A stretch of 64,000 nt of DNA, taken from the NCBI GenBank assembly GCA_018648265.1, contig JABGRN010000014.1, positions 6,436 to 70,435 of the forward strand. Reading direction: 5' to 3'. Below, in pieces: positions 36,412 through 47,465 of the stretch (the stretch's first letter is position 1; every line of letters begins with the position of its first letter). Origin of the DNA: Prolixibacteraceae bacterium (GTDB lineage: Bacteria; Bacteroidota; Bacteroidia; Bacteroidales; Prolixibacteraceae). A program made the position numbers and the translations under genes. A model generated the notes under the pieces. That model saw nothing but the letters and a program-made list of their open reading frames with translations, had not been told where the DNA came from and ran no database searches.

Positions 36412-38418
36412 TCAAGAATTTAACACGATTGTGAATTTACTGCCTTTATTTAATTCACTTGTAACTTTTAGTTCTCCATTATGGGCTTTAATAATATCCC
36501 CTGCAACTGTTAATCCTAAACCTGTTCCACTGGTTGTTTCATTTTCCTTACTTCTGACCCGATAGAATTTTTCAAAAATCAGCGAAATTTGATTTTTGGG
36601 AATACCAAGTCCTGTATCTTCAATTTCAATACTAATTTTATCCAATTGTTTTTTTAACCTGACAAATAAATTTTTATTAACCGAGGAATATTTTATAGCA
36701 TTTCCTATTAAGTTGGACAAAGCCTGCTTTATCGCTTCCGGGTCAACAAAAGCTTTTATATCTTCTTCAATTTCAATCGACACATTAAATTTATTTATTT
36801 CAAGCCAATATTCCATTTCATTTAGCACCAACTTTAATAATGCTGACAAATCAGTGTCCTGCAATTTGTATTTCGAACTCTCATTTTTCTTTACTGAATA
36901 TTCAAGTATATTATCAATTTTACGTTTTAGGTTTTCACTTTCTTTAATGATAATATTTGAATATTTTTTTCGCGAAGCTTCCGATTTTGCCTTGTCCAGA
37001 TAGATTGATTCAGCAAACATATTGATAGAAGTAAGTGGCGTTTTTAATTCATGCGTTACATTGGCAATAAATTCCGATTGCCGGGCTGCCATCCTTTTTT
37101 CCCTGTTAACATCTCTCAAAATCAAATTAACCCCCATTATCATTCCGCCAATCAGCAATGTAAGTGCAATTCCGTAAATCCAGCTTCTGCGGGTAACATA
37201 TTTTTTTATTATTGATTCGTTTTTTAATTTAAGCTGAATTACATAAGATGGAAAAAACATCGACAACGGTGTTATTGTTTCCAGACCATTAAAAGTGGAA
37301 TTGCTGTTGCTGTTTTCTGTCAGTTCAATCCGATATTCAAATTCCGTATCTCCCCATTTTATATTATTCAAAGTCATTTCCCATAAACTGTCGAGCGGAA
37401 CAGTAAATCCAAAAAGATTTTCGTGTTTGTGATTGATAAACAGGACCATTTCTGGATTCTGAACGAATCCGGGAATGATATAATAATCTCCTAATTTGAG
37501 TATACTTTCCAATTCGTCAACAATGGTGTATTTTCTGATTTGACTTCCGTATTCATTTACAAATGTAAGTTGTATTCTAATTTCCTGAATGAGTTCATTA
37601 ATAGACTGTAAACTTATATCTGAACCTCCCGGTATCCGTTCTGTCCATTTCCCAATCTGGTCAAGAATATTGCCGGTACTGTGATTTAAAAGTATTTCGC
37701 CGGATGCCATTCCTGCAAGACACTTTTCCAACTTTTTTAACAAGCTTTCAGGATTGTTGTTGCCGCTTATTTTAATAAGTTGTGGAATTGCATAATATAC
37801 AAAAGGGAAATTGTATTTGTCTGTTACGGAATAATATTTTGAAATGACAGTGCTATACAGATCAATGGCTTTATCTGTATTTTCCATTTTAACAGAAACC
37901 CTGGCCAGGGCATTGTAACATAAGGCAGAATCGTGTTTACTTACAGCAAATTTTAAAGCAGAGCGATAAGTCTTTTCTGCGTTGTTTAACTTTTGTGTTT
38001 TAAATTCCAATAATTCTGCTCTGTTATACTGAATCCTACATTTCCCGGAATTGTATTTTCCTGATTCTAATGGTAATCCTTCATTAAAAGGAGGCCATAA
38101 AAAATTTCCTTTTCTGTCGATGATAAACCAGTCGTTAATAAAAACGGGCTTTTGTAAAGTTGTAAAACGGTTAACATTAACCGTATCGGTTTCAGTAAGT
38201 TTTGCGAATGTGTCGCTTACTTCTTCAAGTACTTTATGGAAATTCAGGGCAAGATCCGCTGCAAATATTCCTTCTTCCTCCAAAACTTTTTTTTCTGTTA
38301 ATTCCTTTAGGTTCGAAATGTTACTTATGCTCAGATATGCAAGAATACCCGCCGAAATAAATACAGCGAGTATAAATACGATGGTCAATTTTAAAACAGG
38401 TTTTTCTCTGTTCTTCAT
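36412..38418 (-). CDS. Sensor histidine kinase with a large extracytoplasmic TPR-like domain (module D)
   Basis: TM1 near the N-terminus, a ~380-aa loop, and TM2 (SWIYGIALTLLIGGMIMGVNLIL). Catalytic motifs are the H-box VTHELKTPLTSI, N-box NLIGNAIKYS, G1 EDTGLGIP and G2 GTGLGLTV. Confidence 0.9.
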   Translation of the reverse strand: MKNREKPVLKLTIVFILAVFISAGILAYLSISNISNLKELTEKKVLEEEGIFAADLALNFHKVLEEVSDTFAKLTETDTVNVNRFTTLQKPVFINDWFIIDRKGNFLWPPFNEGLPLESGKYNSGKCRIQYNRAELLEFKTQKLNNAEKTYRSALKFAVSKHDSALCYNALARVSVKMENTDKAIDLYSTVISKYYSVTDKYNFPFVYYAIPQLIKISGNNNPESLLKKLEKCLAGMASGEILLNHSTGNILDQIGKWTERIPGGSDISLQSINELIQEIRIQLTFVNEYGSQIRKYTIVDELESILKLGDYYIIPGFVQNPEMVLFINHKHENLFGFTVPLDSLWEMTLNNIKWGDTEFEYRIELTENSNSNSTFNGLETITPLSMFFPSYVIQLKLKNESIIKKYVTRRSWIYGIALTLLIGGMIMGVNLILRDVNREKRMAARQSEFIANVTHELKTPLTSINMFAESIYLDKAKSEASRKKYSNIIIKESENLKRKIDNILEYSVKKNESSKYKLQDTDLSALLKLVLNEMEYWLEINKFNVSIEIEEDIKAFVDPEAIKQALSNLIGNAIKYSSVNKNLFVRLKKQLDKISIEIEDTGLGIPKNQISLIFEKFYRVRSKENETTSGTGLGLTVAGDIIKAHNGELKVTSELNKGSKFTIVLNS

Positions 38419-38433
38419 AAGCTACTAAAATTT

Positions 38434-40653
38434 TTACTCCAAACCTTCCATCATCCAAAGCTGATTTTTCCGTGTTATAATATTATAAACCATATATTTT
38501 CCATCTTTACTCCAACTGGGAAGTGATTCATGAAAATTTGCATTCTTAGAAAAAAGGGATATTTCTTTTGACTTTGTATTATACTTGTATACCGATGATG
38601 TATTCTCGTAGTGTCCCTCGAAATAATAATACTCACCCTTAGGATCCCAGACACCTACATAGTCCCAAACATCTGGCTGATCTATCATTTCTGTAGTTGG
38701 GCTGCCGTCAACATAAGCTTCCCGGATACCATCCTCATCATTTTCAGGATCGTAATACATATAAGCCAGTTTTTTGCTGTCAGGATACCATCCAATACTC
38801 TCTTTATAGTTCCATTCTTCTTTGGGAGTTAATCTTTTCATTTCCCCGTTAAGCGTAGAAACAATAAAAATATCGTTATCTCGACCTTCTTCTTCCAAAA
38901 AAGCAAAACAAGCAATATACTTGCCATCGGGAGACCATCGTAAAGGAACATTTTCTTCCCATTTCCCATTTTCAACTACAGCTAATTTTTCAGCTTTATC
39001 ACTCCAGGCCGGAATAGTATATATGCTATTTCCAAGGGGGAAGGCAACCTTTTTACTGTCGGGCGACCAAGTGAGAAATGAACAATTAGCATTTTTATGA
39101 GTAACTGATTTCTCTAATCTTCCTGTATTTGTAGATAAAAAATAAAGTTCCTGAATTTCTTCCTCTTTTGTGGTAAAAAATGCCATCGTTGATCCATCAG
39201 GCGATAAAGCATAACAAGGCCAATCATGGATACCTTTACCTGGATTCATTTCGGTAAGCCTTTTTTTATCTCCTCCTAATCGATTAGCAGAATAAATACC
39301 ATCGTTGTTATTTCCTGCTTCAACATAATAGACGGTTGCCCCATCCGGCGACAGTATTGCACCATTTCCTGTTGCGATTGTTTTGTTACTATCGAGATTT
39401 TCATTTCCCAGGATTACTATTCGCCGTATTTCTTTCTGAAGGCCGTAAACTAATGTAGAATTATCCTTAATAATAACTGGTGAAAAGACATTAGCATTAT
39501 AATGAAAAGTTATTTGTTCCGCAACTCCAATTTTCTCCCCTGTTTCAGGATCTATTTTTATCTTAAAAATATTCCAATCCCCATTCCGATCTGAAATAAA
39601 ATAAAAAGAATAATCTGTTGCTGACCATGTTCCATACGCATTTCTTCCCATATTTTGCGTAAGCCTGATATTTTTATCTCCGGATGATGAGACTAGCCAG
39701 CAATCGATTTTATACCTGTTGTCCTCATTAGTACAGGAATAATACGAGATCCATTTACCGTCTGGTGAGTGAGATGTCAACCTCGGTACACACCAATCGT
39801 AATTCCAGGCTATTGTATTGGTAGTTTCCCCAGCCAGATTGTACGTTACGAGGCCTTTCTTTGAGTTTAAGGAAACAATATGTTTGCTATCCGGGTGCCA
39901 GCAAGAACCGTAGGATTCACCAGATTCACCAGACTTAAATTTTTCACTTATTTGTTTTAATACACCATTTTCCACATTAATCGCATAAAATGCCCATTCC
40001 CCTGTATCATTTCGCCCAGCAAATGAAATATTTTTCCCATCTGGTGAGAACTTGGGAAACAAAATCGTTTCAAATTGAAGAGAATTTGTCAGAAGGTCAA
40101 CGGGAGCCCCGGAAACATCGGCAATAAAAAGCCCAGGGTGAGAAATTGAATTTTCCATGTTTTTATGAACATCTTTGAAAACAATTTTTTTTCCGTCCGG
40201 TGAAAAATCAAACACATGTTCACCAAACCATGTTGATCCCTCTCTCATTGCCAAAGGTATTTGTGTAATTAAAGGTTTACCAGTGGTCTCTTTTTGAGTT
40301 GTATTTTGAATTCTTAAAACCTGAAGCCTGGTTTTAGCAATCTTCACAGATTGTTGCTGGTCGGCATATTGTTCAATTACTTTATTGTAGGCTTCCGTTG
40401 CCTGTTTTTTGCCCAGCTTTTCGTAACACAGTCCGATTTGGAGTTGAGCATTTGCCCGGAGCGACCTTTCAGCAACTGAGTTCTCAACAATTTTAGTGTA
40501 AATATCAATCGCTTGCTGAAGTGCCCCTTCACCCTCTTCTTTCATTAGCGCCTTTTGAAACAGTTGTTCCTGATTTTGCGAAACAACGGGTTCAATTGCA
40601 CACGTTGCCAGGATAAGCAACAATATCAATGATTTAATAACTTGTGTTTTCAT
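38434..40653 (-). CDS. Secreted TPR + PD40 (TolB-like) beta-propeller protein, 739 aa
   Basis: It has a signal peptide and an N-terminal TPR segment (EQLFQKALMKEEGEGALQQAIDIYTKIVEN...LQIGLCYEKLGK). I count about 11 PD40 blade motifs (FSPDGKKIVF, FSPDGKNISF, HSPDGKWISY, WSPDGKYIAC and others). There is no catalytic domain. Confidence 0.85.
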   Translation of the reverse strand: MKTQVIKSLILLLILATCAIEPVVSQNQEQLFQKALMKEEGEGALQQAIDIYTKIVENSVAERSLRANAQLQIGLCYEKLGKKQATEAYNKVIEQYADQQQSVKIAKTRLQVLRIQNTTQKETTGKPLITQIPLAMREGSTWFGEHVFDFSPDGKKIVFKDVHKNMENSISHPGLFIADVSGAPVDLLTNSLQFETILFPKFSPDGKNISFAGRNDTGEWAFYAINVENGVLKQISEKFKSGESGESYGSCWHPDSKHIVSLNSKKGLVTYNLAGETTNTIAWNYDWCVPRLTSHSPDGKWISYYSCTNEDNRYKIDCWLVSSSGDKNIRLTQNMGRNAYGTWSATDYSFYFISDRNGDWNIFKIKIDPETGEKIGVAEQITFHYNANVFSPVIIKDNSTLVYGLQKEIRRIVILGNENLDSNKTIATGNGAILSPDGATVYYVEAGNNNDGIYSANRLGGDKKRLTEMNPGKGIHDWPCYALSPDGSTMAFFTTKEEEIQELYFLSTNTGRLEKSVTHKNANCSFLTWSPDSKKVAFPLGNSIYTIPAWSDKAEKLAVVENGKWEENVPLRWSPDGKYIACFAFLEEEGRDNDIFIVSTLNGEMKRLTPKEEWNYKESIGWYPDSKKLAYMYYDPENDEDGIREAYVDGSPTTEMIDQPDVWDYVGVWDPKGEYYYFEGHYENTSSVYKYNTKSKEISLFSKNANFHESLPSWSKDGKYMVYNIITRKNQLWMMEGLE

Positions 40654-40686
40654 TTTAGTTTCCTCCTTATAATTAGTTTATAAGTA

Positions 40687-40755
40687 CAAAACTACTTTCA
40701 AATAACAGGCTCAGTGTCACATCTTTGTTTTGTAAATGTAAAATTACGTCACAAA
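40687..40755 (-). promoter_or_regulatory. Class I promoter/operator: -7 box plus 11-bp phased octamers upstream of the 739-aa propeller gene
   Basis: The box is CAAAACTA (40687-40694, reverse complement of TAGTTTTG). Octamers on the plus strand are TGTCACAT at 40715, TGTTTTGT at 40726, TGTAAAAT at 40737 and CGTCACAA at 40747. The offset from box end to first octamer is 21 nt. Confidence 0.5.
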
Positions 40756-40775
40756 ACGGTTAATGTGAAACCCGT

Positions 40776-41456
40776 TTATTTTACAAATTTATACCCAACT
40801 CCTCTAATGCTAATAATATGTTTAGGTTCCGAGGGATTTTCTTCCAGTTTTTTTCTGAGGTCAAGAATAAAATTATCAACTGTGCGTGTAGTGGGCATAG
40901 CTTCAAAACCCCAAACTTCGTTCAATAAATCGTGCCGGTGAACAGCTTCGCCTTCGTGTTTGATAAAATATTCCATTATTGCAAATTCCTTACTCGACAA
41001 TTTAATTTCCTGATTATCACGCGAAGCCTGATATTTTTTGAAATCTAATTTTACTTTTCCAAAAGAATATTGATCCGGAATAGGATTCGTCGGTGTCGTT
41101 CTTCTGAAAACAGCTCTTAGCCGCGCCAAAAGTTCAGGAATGCTGAATGGTTTAGTAACATAATCGTCTGCACCAATATCGAGTCCCGAAACTTTATCCA
41201 TTTCCGAGCCCCGGGCAGTAATCATGATTACGGGTAATTGAGGTTTTTCTTTTTTTACTCTTTTGCAAATTTCATATCCGTTTATTCCCGGCAACATGAT
41301 ATCAAGCAAAAGTAAATCCGGATTTTTCTCAAGAGCGGTTTGCAAACCCTTTTTCCCATTTGTTTCAGAAACAACGGCGTAACCTTCGTATTCCAAGTTA
41401 TCTTTTAATCCACGCAGAATACTAACATCGTCTTCTATAATTAATATTGTCTTCAC
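40776..41456 (-). CDS. OmpR/PhoB-family response regulator (module C, subfamily I)
   Basis: Its GTG start overlaps the kinase stop (GTGA). The C-terminal 53 aa differ at only 3 positions from the RR at 35709-36401. Confidence 0.9.
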   Translation of the reverse strand: MKTILIIEDDVSILRGLKDNLEYEGYAVVSETNGKKGLQTALEKNPDLLLLDIMLPGINGYEICKRVKKEKPQLPVIMITARGSEMDKVSGLDIGADDYVTKPFSIPELLARLRAVFRRTTPTNPIPDQYSFGKVKLDFKKYQASRDNQEIKLSSKEFAIMEYFIKHEGEAVHRHDLLNEVWGFEAMPTTRTVDNFILDLRKKLEENPSEPKHIISIRGVGYKFVK

Positions 41457-43474
41457 ACTTTTTCTGTTTGCCGATTTAAAGTTATAGAAAATTTACTTCC
41501 CCCACCTAATTTACTTTCAACAGATATTTTTCCTTTATGAGCTTCAATAATTTCTTTTACAACTGTTAACCCGAGTCCGGTTCCGCTAATGTTTTCTTTT
41601 TGGTCAACACGATAGAATTTCTCAAATATTTGCGACAATTGATTTTCAGGGATGCCGATTCCCTGGTCTTCAACCTCAATATGAATATTATTTGATGTTT
41701 TAAATAAACGAATAAAAATCTTTTTTGTGATGGTTGAATATTTTAACGCATTGCTAAGTAGATTGCTAATCGCTTGTTTCATTTTTTCAGGGTCAACTTC
41801 GGCAAATATATTTTCATCCATTTCAGCAAGCACCTCAAAGTTCTCTTTCTCAAACCAGTAATCAAACTGGTGAATTGACGCATTGATTATTGACGCCAGA
41901 TTTGAAGAAACAAAATGATATTCAGGTTTGCCCTTTTCCATTTTCGAAAATTCAAGAATATTATTTATCATCCTTTTCAACCTTTCACTCTCTTTTAAAA
42001 TTATTGATAGATATTCATCTTTGTCCGTCTCCTTTTTTACCCGTTTTAACAAAAGAGATTCTGCAAACATATAAATTGATGTGAGGGGTGTTTTTAATTC
42101 ATGAGTAACATTAGAAATAAAATCGGACTGTAACCGGGCTATTTGCTTTTCTCTTGCAATATCTCTGACAATTAAAGCAACTCCGAGAGACAACGCAACC
42201 AAAAGTAATGCGGTAGCAATCCCATAAATCCAACTTCTGCGTTTTATAAAATCGTTGATTAGGTTTTCATCGTTCAATTTGATTTGCATCATTTGCCCCG
42301 GAAAATAAGGATTCATTTGCGCAGTATAAATCAGGCTTTTTTCATTTGCATTTGAGGGATATCCTGGTAAAAATTCAATTTTATAATCAAATTCAAAAAC
42401 AGATTGAAGACCTTGATTTAAGACAGAATCAAATAGTTTTATACCATCTATTAAAAAGCCTACCGGATTCTCTAAATTTGTGTTGACCAGGAGCAATTTC
42501 TGACTGTTTCCTGAATATGAATTAATAACTCTAAAATCATTGTTGACATTTAAATAATTGTCCGGACTCTCTTTTTTCATTAACTCCAACATTGAATTTT
42601 TATATTCATCGATAAATTGAAGCTGTTTGTTAATTTTCTGTTCCAGTTTATTTACGTGAGCTAATTTTTCTGTGCTAATAAAACTGTTTTCCTGTGTCCA
42701 TTTTATAACGAGTGCTAATAATTCTTTTGTACCAAAATTCAGCGGAATAAAACCCGTTTCCATTTTTTCGAGACAGAATTCAAACAGTACCAATATTTCG
42801 TCACAGTTATCAGAATTTGAAATTTTTACAAGCTGTGGAATAGCATAATAAACATACAAAAGACCGTCAGATCCCGAAATATTAAAATAGTCCAAAACAA
42901 TATGTTTGTAATATCCGATTGCAATTTCCGGCTCTTTTAATTTTACAGAAACCCGGCCCAGTGCATTTAAAGCTTTAACCGAATCGTTTGCATTTTTTGA
43001 AAAACTCAGGCACGACAAATAATGTTTTTTAGCCGTTTTTAGATTATTACGAGCAAATTCATTTTCTTCACCATTTTTGAAAGCAGAAATATAACGACTT
43101 GAAAATTTAGGTAGAGTCATATTTTCAGATAATCCCATAAAATTTGGATAAAGAAAAGAGCCATTATTTTTTAAAATAAATGGCAGCGTAATAAAATTAT
43201 TTTCGGATGTTGTTTTTATGAGCGAATCTTTTAGTAAACCGGGCGGACTGATTTCATTTTTGAAACCACCGGTTACGGTTTCTATTTTATTTTGCATTAC
43301 AAGCGAAAACTTTGCAGCTAGTTCCCGTTGCTCCTCAGTAACTCTTCTTTCAGTCAGTTCTTTCAGGTTCGAAATACTGTTAATACTAAACCAGGTTAAT
43401 ATACTTCCCGAAATTACAACGGCAAGAATGAAAATAATTGTAAGTCGCGAAGCTGGTTTTAATTTTTGGTTCAT
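41453..43474 (-). CDS. Sensor histidine kinase with extracytoplasmic TPR-like domain (module C)
   Basis: Same architecture as 36412-38418. The H-box is VTHELKTPLTSI. The track start at 43477 is TTG; the ATG is at 43474. Confidence 0.9.
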   Translation of the reverse strand: MNQKLKPASRLTIIFILAVVISGSILTWFSINSISNLKELTERRVTEEQRELAAKFSLVMQNKIETVTGGFKNEISPPGLLKDSLIKTTSENNFITLPFILKNNGSFLYPNFMGLSENMTLPKFSSRYISAFKNGEENEFARNNLKTAKKHYLSCLSFSKNANDSVKALNALGRVSVKLKEPEIAIGYYKHIVLDYFNISGSDGLLYVYYAIPQLVKISNSDNCDEILVLFEFCLEKMETGFIPLNFGTKELLALVIKWTQENSFISTEKLAHVNKLEQKINKQLQFIDEYKNSMLELMKKESPDNYLNVNNDFRVINSYSGNSQKLLLVNTNLENPVGFLIDGIKLFDSVLNQGLQSVFEFDYKIEFLPGYPSNANEKSLIYTAQMNPYFPGQMMQIKLNDENLINDFIKRRSWIYGIATALLLVALSLGVALIVRDIAREKQIARLQSDFISNVTHELKTPLTSIYMFAESLLLKRVKKETDKDEYLSIILKESERLKRMINNILEFSKMEKGKPEYHFVSSNLASIINASIHQFDYWFEKENFEVLAEMDENIFAEVDPEKMKQAISNLLSNALKYSTITKKIFIRLFKTSNNIHIEVEDQGIGIPENQLSQIFEKFYRVDQKENISGTGLGLTVVKEIIEAHKGKISVESKLGGGSKFSITLNRQTEKV

Positions 43475-43595
43475 CAAGTGTTTTATGTATTCTTCATCTT
43501 TACGATTACATTTGCATCGTGTTTTTTATTACTGGCAAAGGGGAACCCGATTTTCTCGAATACCCCTTTCCATCGATTATTATTTTCGATTCCCT

Positions 43596-46500
43596 TTATT
43601 CATTCAGATTATAAATTTTGTTGAGCTCGTTAACCAAACCTTCTATCACCCTTACTTCGGTTATTCTTTCCCGTACTGAATATGAAATCTTTTCTCCTGA
43701 AGGATGCATAATAAACGATTCTGCTCCTTTGTCGGTTTTCCAAGTTTTCTCTGGCGTTCCTCCATTAGCATCAACTCTCCATAAATTGGTCCCCTCAGGT
43801 CTTTCTGAAAAATAAACATACTTGCCGTCCGGCGACCAAAAGGCCGAACCTGAAATATTCGATTCCTGTGACATACACAACTCCTTTTCATCTCCCCCTT
43901 GAGTTGAAATAGTCAATAAACGGCTCAGCTTTTCTCCTTTATTCTGAATGGCAAATAACAACTTATTACCATCCGGAGACAACTGAAAAACTCCCCTTAC
44001 AAATTTGGGATGCCGGTAAAGAATGGTATCTTTTCCAGTATTCAAATCATGTTTCACAATCCAATCATTTTGAAACAGCATATAAATAAATTGCTGATCA
44101 TCAGACACGACAATACCTGAGATTTCTAATGCATCATCAACGGAAGGAGTATATTCATAATCCGATATCAATAATTTCTGTTCTAAATTATTGGAATTTT
44201 TATCAACTTTATAAATACCTCCTTTATATCCTTTGTTTTGAAGCCTTTTCTTATCCATTCCAAAGATATAAACAGATTGTCCGTCATTCGACCAGTAAGG
44301 TCTCCTCACAGAAATAAGTTCTTCAACCACTCTCCTTTCATTTCCATTTTCTACATCACGTATAATAAGTTCCCAAGAACGTTTCCCCTCTTGCACTCGA
44401 GCCATGTATTTCCCATCAGGCGACCAATTTTTACTATAGATAGAGCCCGCCAGGGGGATTTCTGGTTTTCCTTCTGGTTTTCCTGTTAATTTATTTACAG
44501 GAAGAATATACGCGTTAAAATTTCGTTTGCGAAATCCAATAAAACATTCACCTTTTTCGGTGATTCCAACAGGTTCAACTTCACCAATCTCACTGAATAA
44601 TCGCCTTGGTTCTCCAGATGGTTTATCGTTTATAATTTGGATTGACCATAAATCCCATGTTCCCGACCGGTCGCTAATAAAAAGGAATTCATCCCTATTG
44701 GGAATCCAGCCAATAACTTTATCGTTTGCCGGATGAACAATCAGAGGAACTTCAACTTTTTCATCAATTGTTAACAAATAAATATCCGAATTGCTCTGAC
44801 CACCTTTTTTCGTGCTATACGCCAAAAAATTACCATCAGGAGAAACGCATAAGCCTGGCCACCCAGTTTTCAGTTCTTGAAATGTACCATCTAAAATATT
44901 GAATAATGTTACCTGAGACAATTCTTTATTTCTATCCCGCCTTATAACTATAATTTCATTGTCAGCTCGCCATGCAACAGGGTAAGCTTCAACTTTATCT
45001 TCTTTATAAAGTAGCTTAGATGAATTTTTTTCTATATCGAAAATATGCAGATCAAAAGTATGGTTTGGTCTCCACCAGGAATAAGCCACTTTTTTCCCAT
45101 TTTTTGATATTGCAGAGCCAATTACAAACTTTTCAGGATTCTCATCCAATGTAGCATTTTTTGTGAGTATCCTTTTTTCTCCGGTATTTAGATCAAGAAT
45201 TGCAAGCTCGCCATCCTCCCAATCTACAAAAGATAAATATCTACCATCTCTGGATACAGTCCCAAAATCATCTAAAAAGGGCTTTTTACCTATTTGCCGA
45301 ATTCTAATTCCTTCCGGTTCTTTGGAAGCTGTTTCTTCATTTTCAGAAGGGAGAAAATTATCCAGTTTCCATACTTCCGAGTTTAATTTATCTCTAGATG
45401 AATAGGAAAAGTGTTTTCCATCGGGGTGTGCATTTAAATTCGCAAAGTGACTATTCGTTTTTATTCCAAGCTTATCTATCTTTTGATTAGCAACTGAAAT
45501 ACGACACATTTCCAATTCAGAATTATTTACATCATTATTTCTCATTGCAAAATAGATGTATTTACCATCACTACTCCATGTCAAAGAAAGACCGCGGGGT
45601 TCAAATTCAAACTTTTTTACTTCTTCAGATTTTAAAAGTTCTTTGGATTCACCTCCTTTAACGGGTACAATCTTTAAACTTTTTGCATGACCGGCAAAAA
45701 GACCCAAAAAGGCACCATCTCGTGAAGCAGAAATACCAAAATAGGAACTGGATTGATACAATACCTGCTTTTTACCACTGTTGATATTTTGCAGAATTAC
45801 CTGGTACTCTCTTGTTATGCTATCGCGTAAGCCATAGAAAAAAGTATTACCATCGGATAGCCATCCATGGCCTCCAAATAAATCTCTGCTATTGGTAATT
45901 AGAAGTGGCTTGGGAATACCCGTGCGCGTGTCAATCTGATAATATCCAAAATTCCCATCTACGTTAAAACTAACCACCATAACTGAATTACCGTCAGGTG
46001 ACCATCTAGGCCAGCCAAATACATTGATATTCGGCCGGAATTCTCTTTCTTCTTTGGTTTCTAAAGAACGAATGCGTAAGACATTACCAACCGGATTGGT
46101 TGTAAAACTCATTGTTCCGGGAGGACGCCGGGAAACATATGCCAGGTATTTTCCATCGGGCGAATAATCAGGACAACCATTTGCCCCTATGTAACTTTGT
46201 ATTATTCTTGTCGGGGTAGTAATAATTTCACCTGTTAATGGATCAATTTCAGTTTCATAAATATTTATATTGTTTCTTCGTTGCCCATAATAAAAAGATC
46301 CATTATTTGTAAAACCAAGGTTTATTGGAGGGAAAGGCCCCTTATTACTTTTGACAAGTTCAGCCTCACCTAAACTTTTCCCATTTTGCACTTTAACCCG
46401 CCAAAAATCAGGAGTACCGGTTCTGTCACTAATAAACAGTATATCATTTCCATTGGGCACCCTTCCCACTAATCTATCATCTCCCGGATGTTCAATTAAT

Positions 46501-47465
46501 TTGGTTTCATTTTTTGTATCCAGTTCCATGATATAAATGTCCTTGTTGCCTTTATCGTCTTTTTGAGGAAGATCGTAAATTACGTAACGTTGATCATGCG
46601 AAAAAGAGGCACCACTGGTATAACCTGATCTCAGAGCCCTTTCAGAACCGTCGTTTAAAGAGATAAGTGTCAATATTCCTTTATCGTTTTTTCTATCCAG
46701 GCAAGCCAATACATATTTCCCGTCCCGGGAACATTCGTAAATTTCCGCCCATTCCATTTCCTTGTCTTTTATCAAAGTTTCCGGCTCCTGATTATCTATG
46801 TTGATGGTACGCAATTCTGCAATCCCCTCTTCTTCATTATACCACAGATAAATGATTCTTTTACCGTCGGGAAACCATCTGGAATATTCACAATATGATG
46901 GGGATTTTTCCCACGAACCCTTATTGGTTAATCTTCGTTTTTTACCTGTCGCTATTTCGTAAAGAGCCAGATCCCCTGTATCCCAATCAACATAAGAAAG
47001 ATATTTTCCATCGGGTGAAACAGCACCTTCCAAGTCTGTATCAGATTCATCCCAAATTTTTTTGTTGGTTAGTGTTCTTTTTAATATCTCCTCTTCCTTC
47101 TTCTTTACTGTTTTTTGATTGTCCATAATTAAACGGTTCAATCGTGTTCGTGCTATCGCCACCTCCTGCTTCTCTCCCGGGAAATTATTTACCAGTTGCT
47201 GATAGGCTTTCAAAGCTTCCTCTTTGCCCAGTTTTTCGTAGCACATTCCAACGTGCAGCAATGCTTTTGCCTGCAACGATTGATCCGCATTTTGGTTTTC
47301 TACTATTAAATTATAAATGTTGATAGCTTCCACCAGGTTTCCTTCGCCTTCTTCTTTCATAAGGCCTTTTTGATACAACTGCTCAGGTGTCTGGGCCATT
47401 AAAGGATAAACACTTCCAACAACCAAGAAAATTACGAGAATAAGATTAATGGATAAAGTTTTCAT
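43596..47465 (-). CDS. Secreted TPR + multi-propeller PD40 protein, 1289 aa
   Basis: Signal peptide ..YPLMA-QT and TPR segment PEQLYQKGLMKEEGEGNLVEAINIYNLIVEN. I count about 24 PD40 motifs. An internal unit boundary, VWKLDNFLPSENEE, lies near nt 45345. Confidence 0.85.
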   Translation of the reverse strand: MKTLSINLILVIFLVVGSVYPLMAQTPEQLYQKGLMKEEGEGNLVEAINIYNLIVENQNADQSLQAKALLHVGMCYEKLGKEEALKAYQQLVNNFPGEKQEVAIARTRLNRLIMDNQKTVKKKEEEILKRTLTNKKIWDESDTDLEGAVSPDGKYLSYVDWDTGDLALYEIATGKKRRLTNKGSWEKSPSYCEYSRWFPDGKRIIYLWYNEEEGIAELRTINIDNQEPETLIKDKEMEWAEIYECSRDGKYVLACLDRKNDKGILTLISLNDGSERALRSGYTSGASFSHDQRYVIYDLPQKDDKGNKDIYIMELDTKNETKLIEHPGDDRLVGRVPNGNDILFISDRTGTPDFWRVKVQNGKSLGEAELVKSNKGPFPPINLGFTNNGSFYYGQRRNNINIYETEIDPLTGEIITTPTRIIQSYIGANGCPDYSPDGKYLAYVSRRPPGTMSFTTNPVGNVLRIRSLETKEEREFRPNINVFGWPRWSPDGNSVMVVSFNVDGNFGYYQIDTRTGIPKPLLITNSRDLFGGHGWLSDGNTFFYGLRDSITREYQVILQNINSGKKQVLYQSSSYFGISASRDGAFLGLFAGHAKSLKIVPVKGGESKELLKSEEVKKFEFEPRGLSLTWSSDGKYIYFAMRNNDVNNSELEMCRISVANQKIDKLGIKTNSHFANLNAHPDGKHFSYSSRDKLNSEVWKLDNFLPSENEETASKEPEGIRIRQIGKKPFLDDFGTVSRDGRYLSFVDWEDGELAILDLNTGEKRILTKNATLDENPEKFVIGSAISKNGKKVAYSWWRPNHTFDLHIFDIEKNSSKLLYKEDKVEAYPVAWRADNEIIVIRRDRNKELSQVTLFNILDGTFQELKTGWPGLCVSPDGNFLAYSTKKGGQSNSDIYLLTIDEKVEVPLIVHPANDKVIGWIPNRDEFLFISDRSGTWDLWSIQIINDKPSGEPRRLFSEIGEVEPVGITEKGECFIGFRKRNFNAYILPVNKLTGKPEGKPEIPLAGSIYSKNWSPDGKYMARVQEGKRSWELIIRDVENGNERRVVEELISVRRPYWSNDGQSVYIFGMDKKRLQNKGYKGGIYKVDKNSNNLEQKLLISDYEYTPSVDDALEISGIVVSDDQQFIYMLFQNDWIVKHDLNTGKDTILYRHPKFVRGVFQLSPDGNKLLFAIQNKGEKLSRLLTISTQGGDEKELCMSQESNISGSAFWSPDGKYVYFSERPEGTNLWRVDANGGTPEKTWKTDKGAESFIMHPSGEKISYSVRERITEVRVIEGLVNELNKIYNLNE

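Noticed and set aside
36596-37003. Long antisense ORFs inside the kinase, regulator and propeller genes. Examples are 36596..37003, 38051..38428, 40714..40941, 43218..43679, 55365..55610 and 63659..63895.
   Set aside because: Each is antisense to a CDS with complete catalytic or repeat motifs. Their Ser/Phe/Ile-rich composition is typical of shadow frames.
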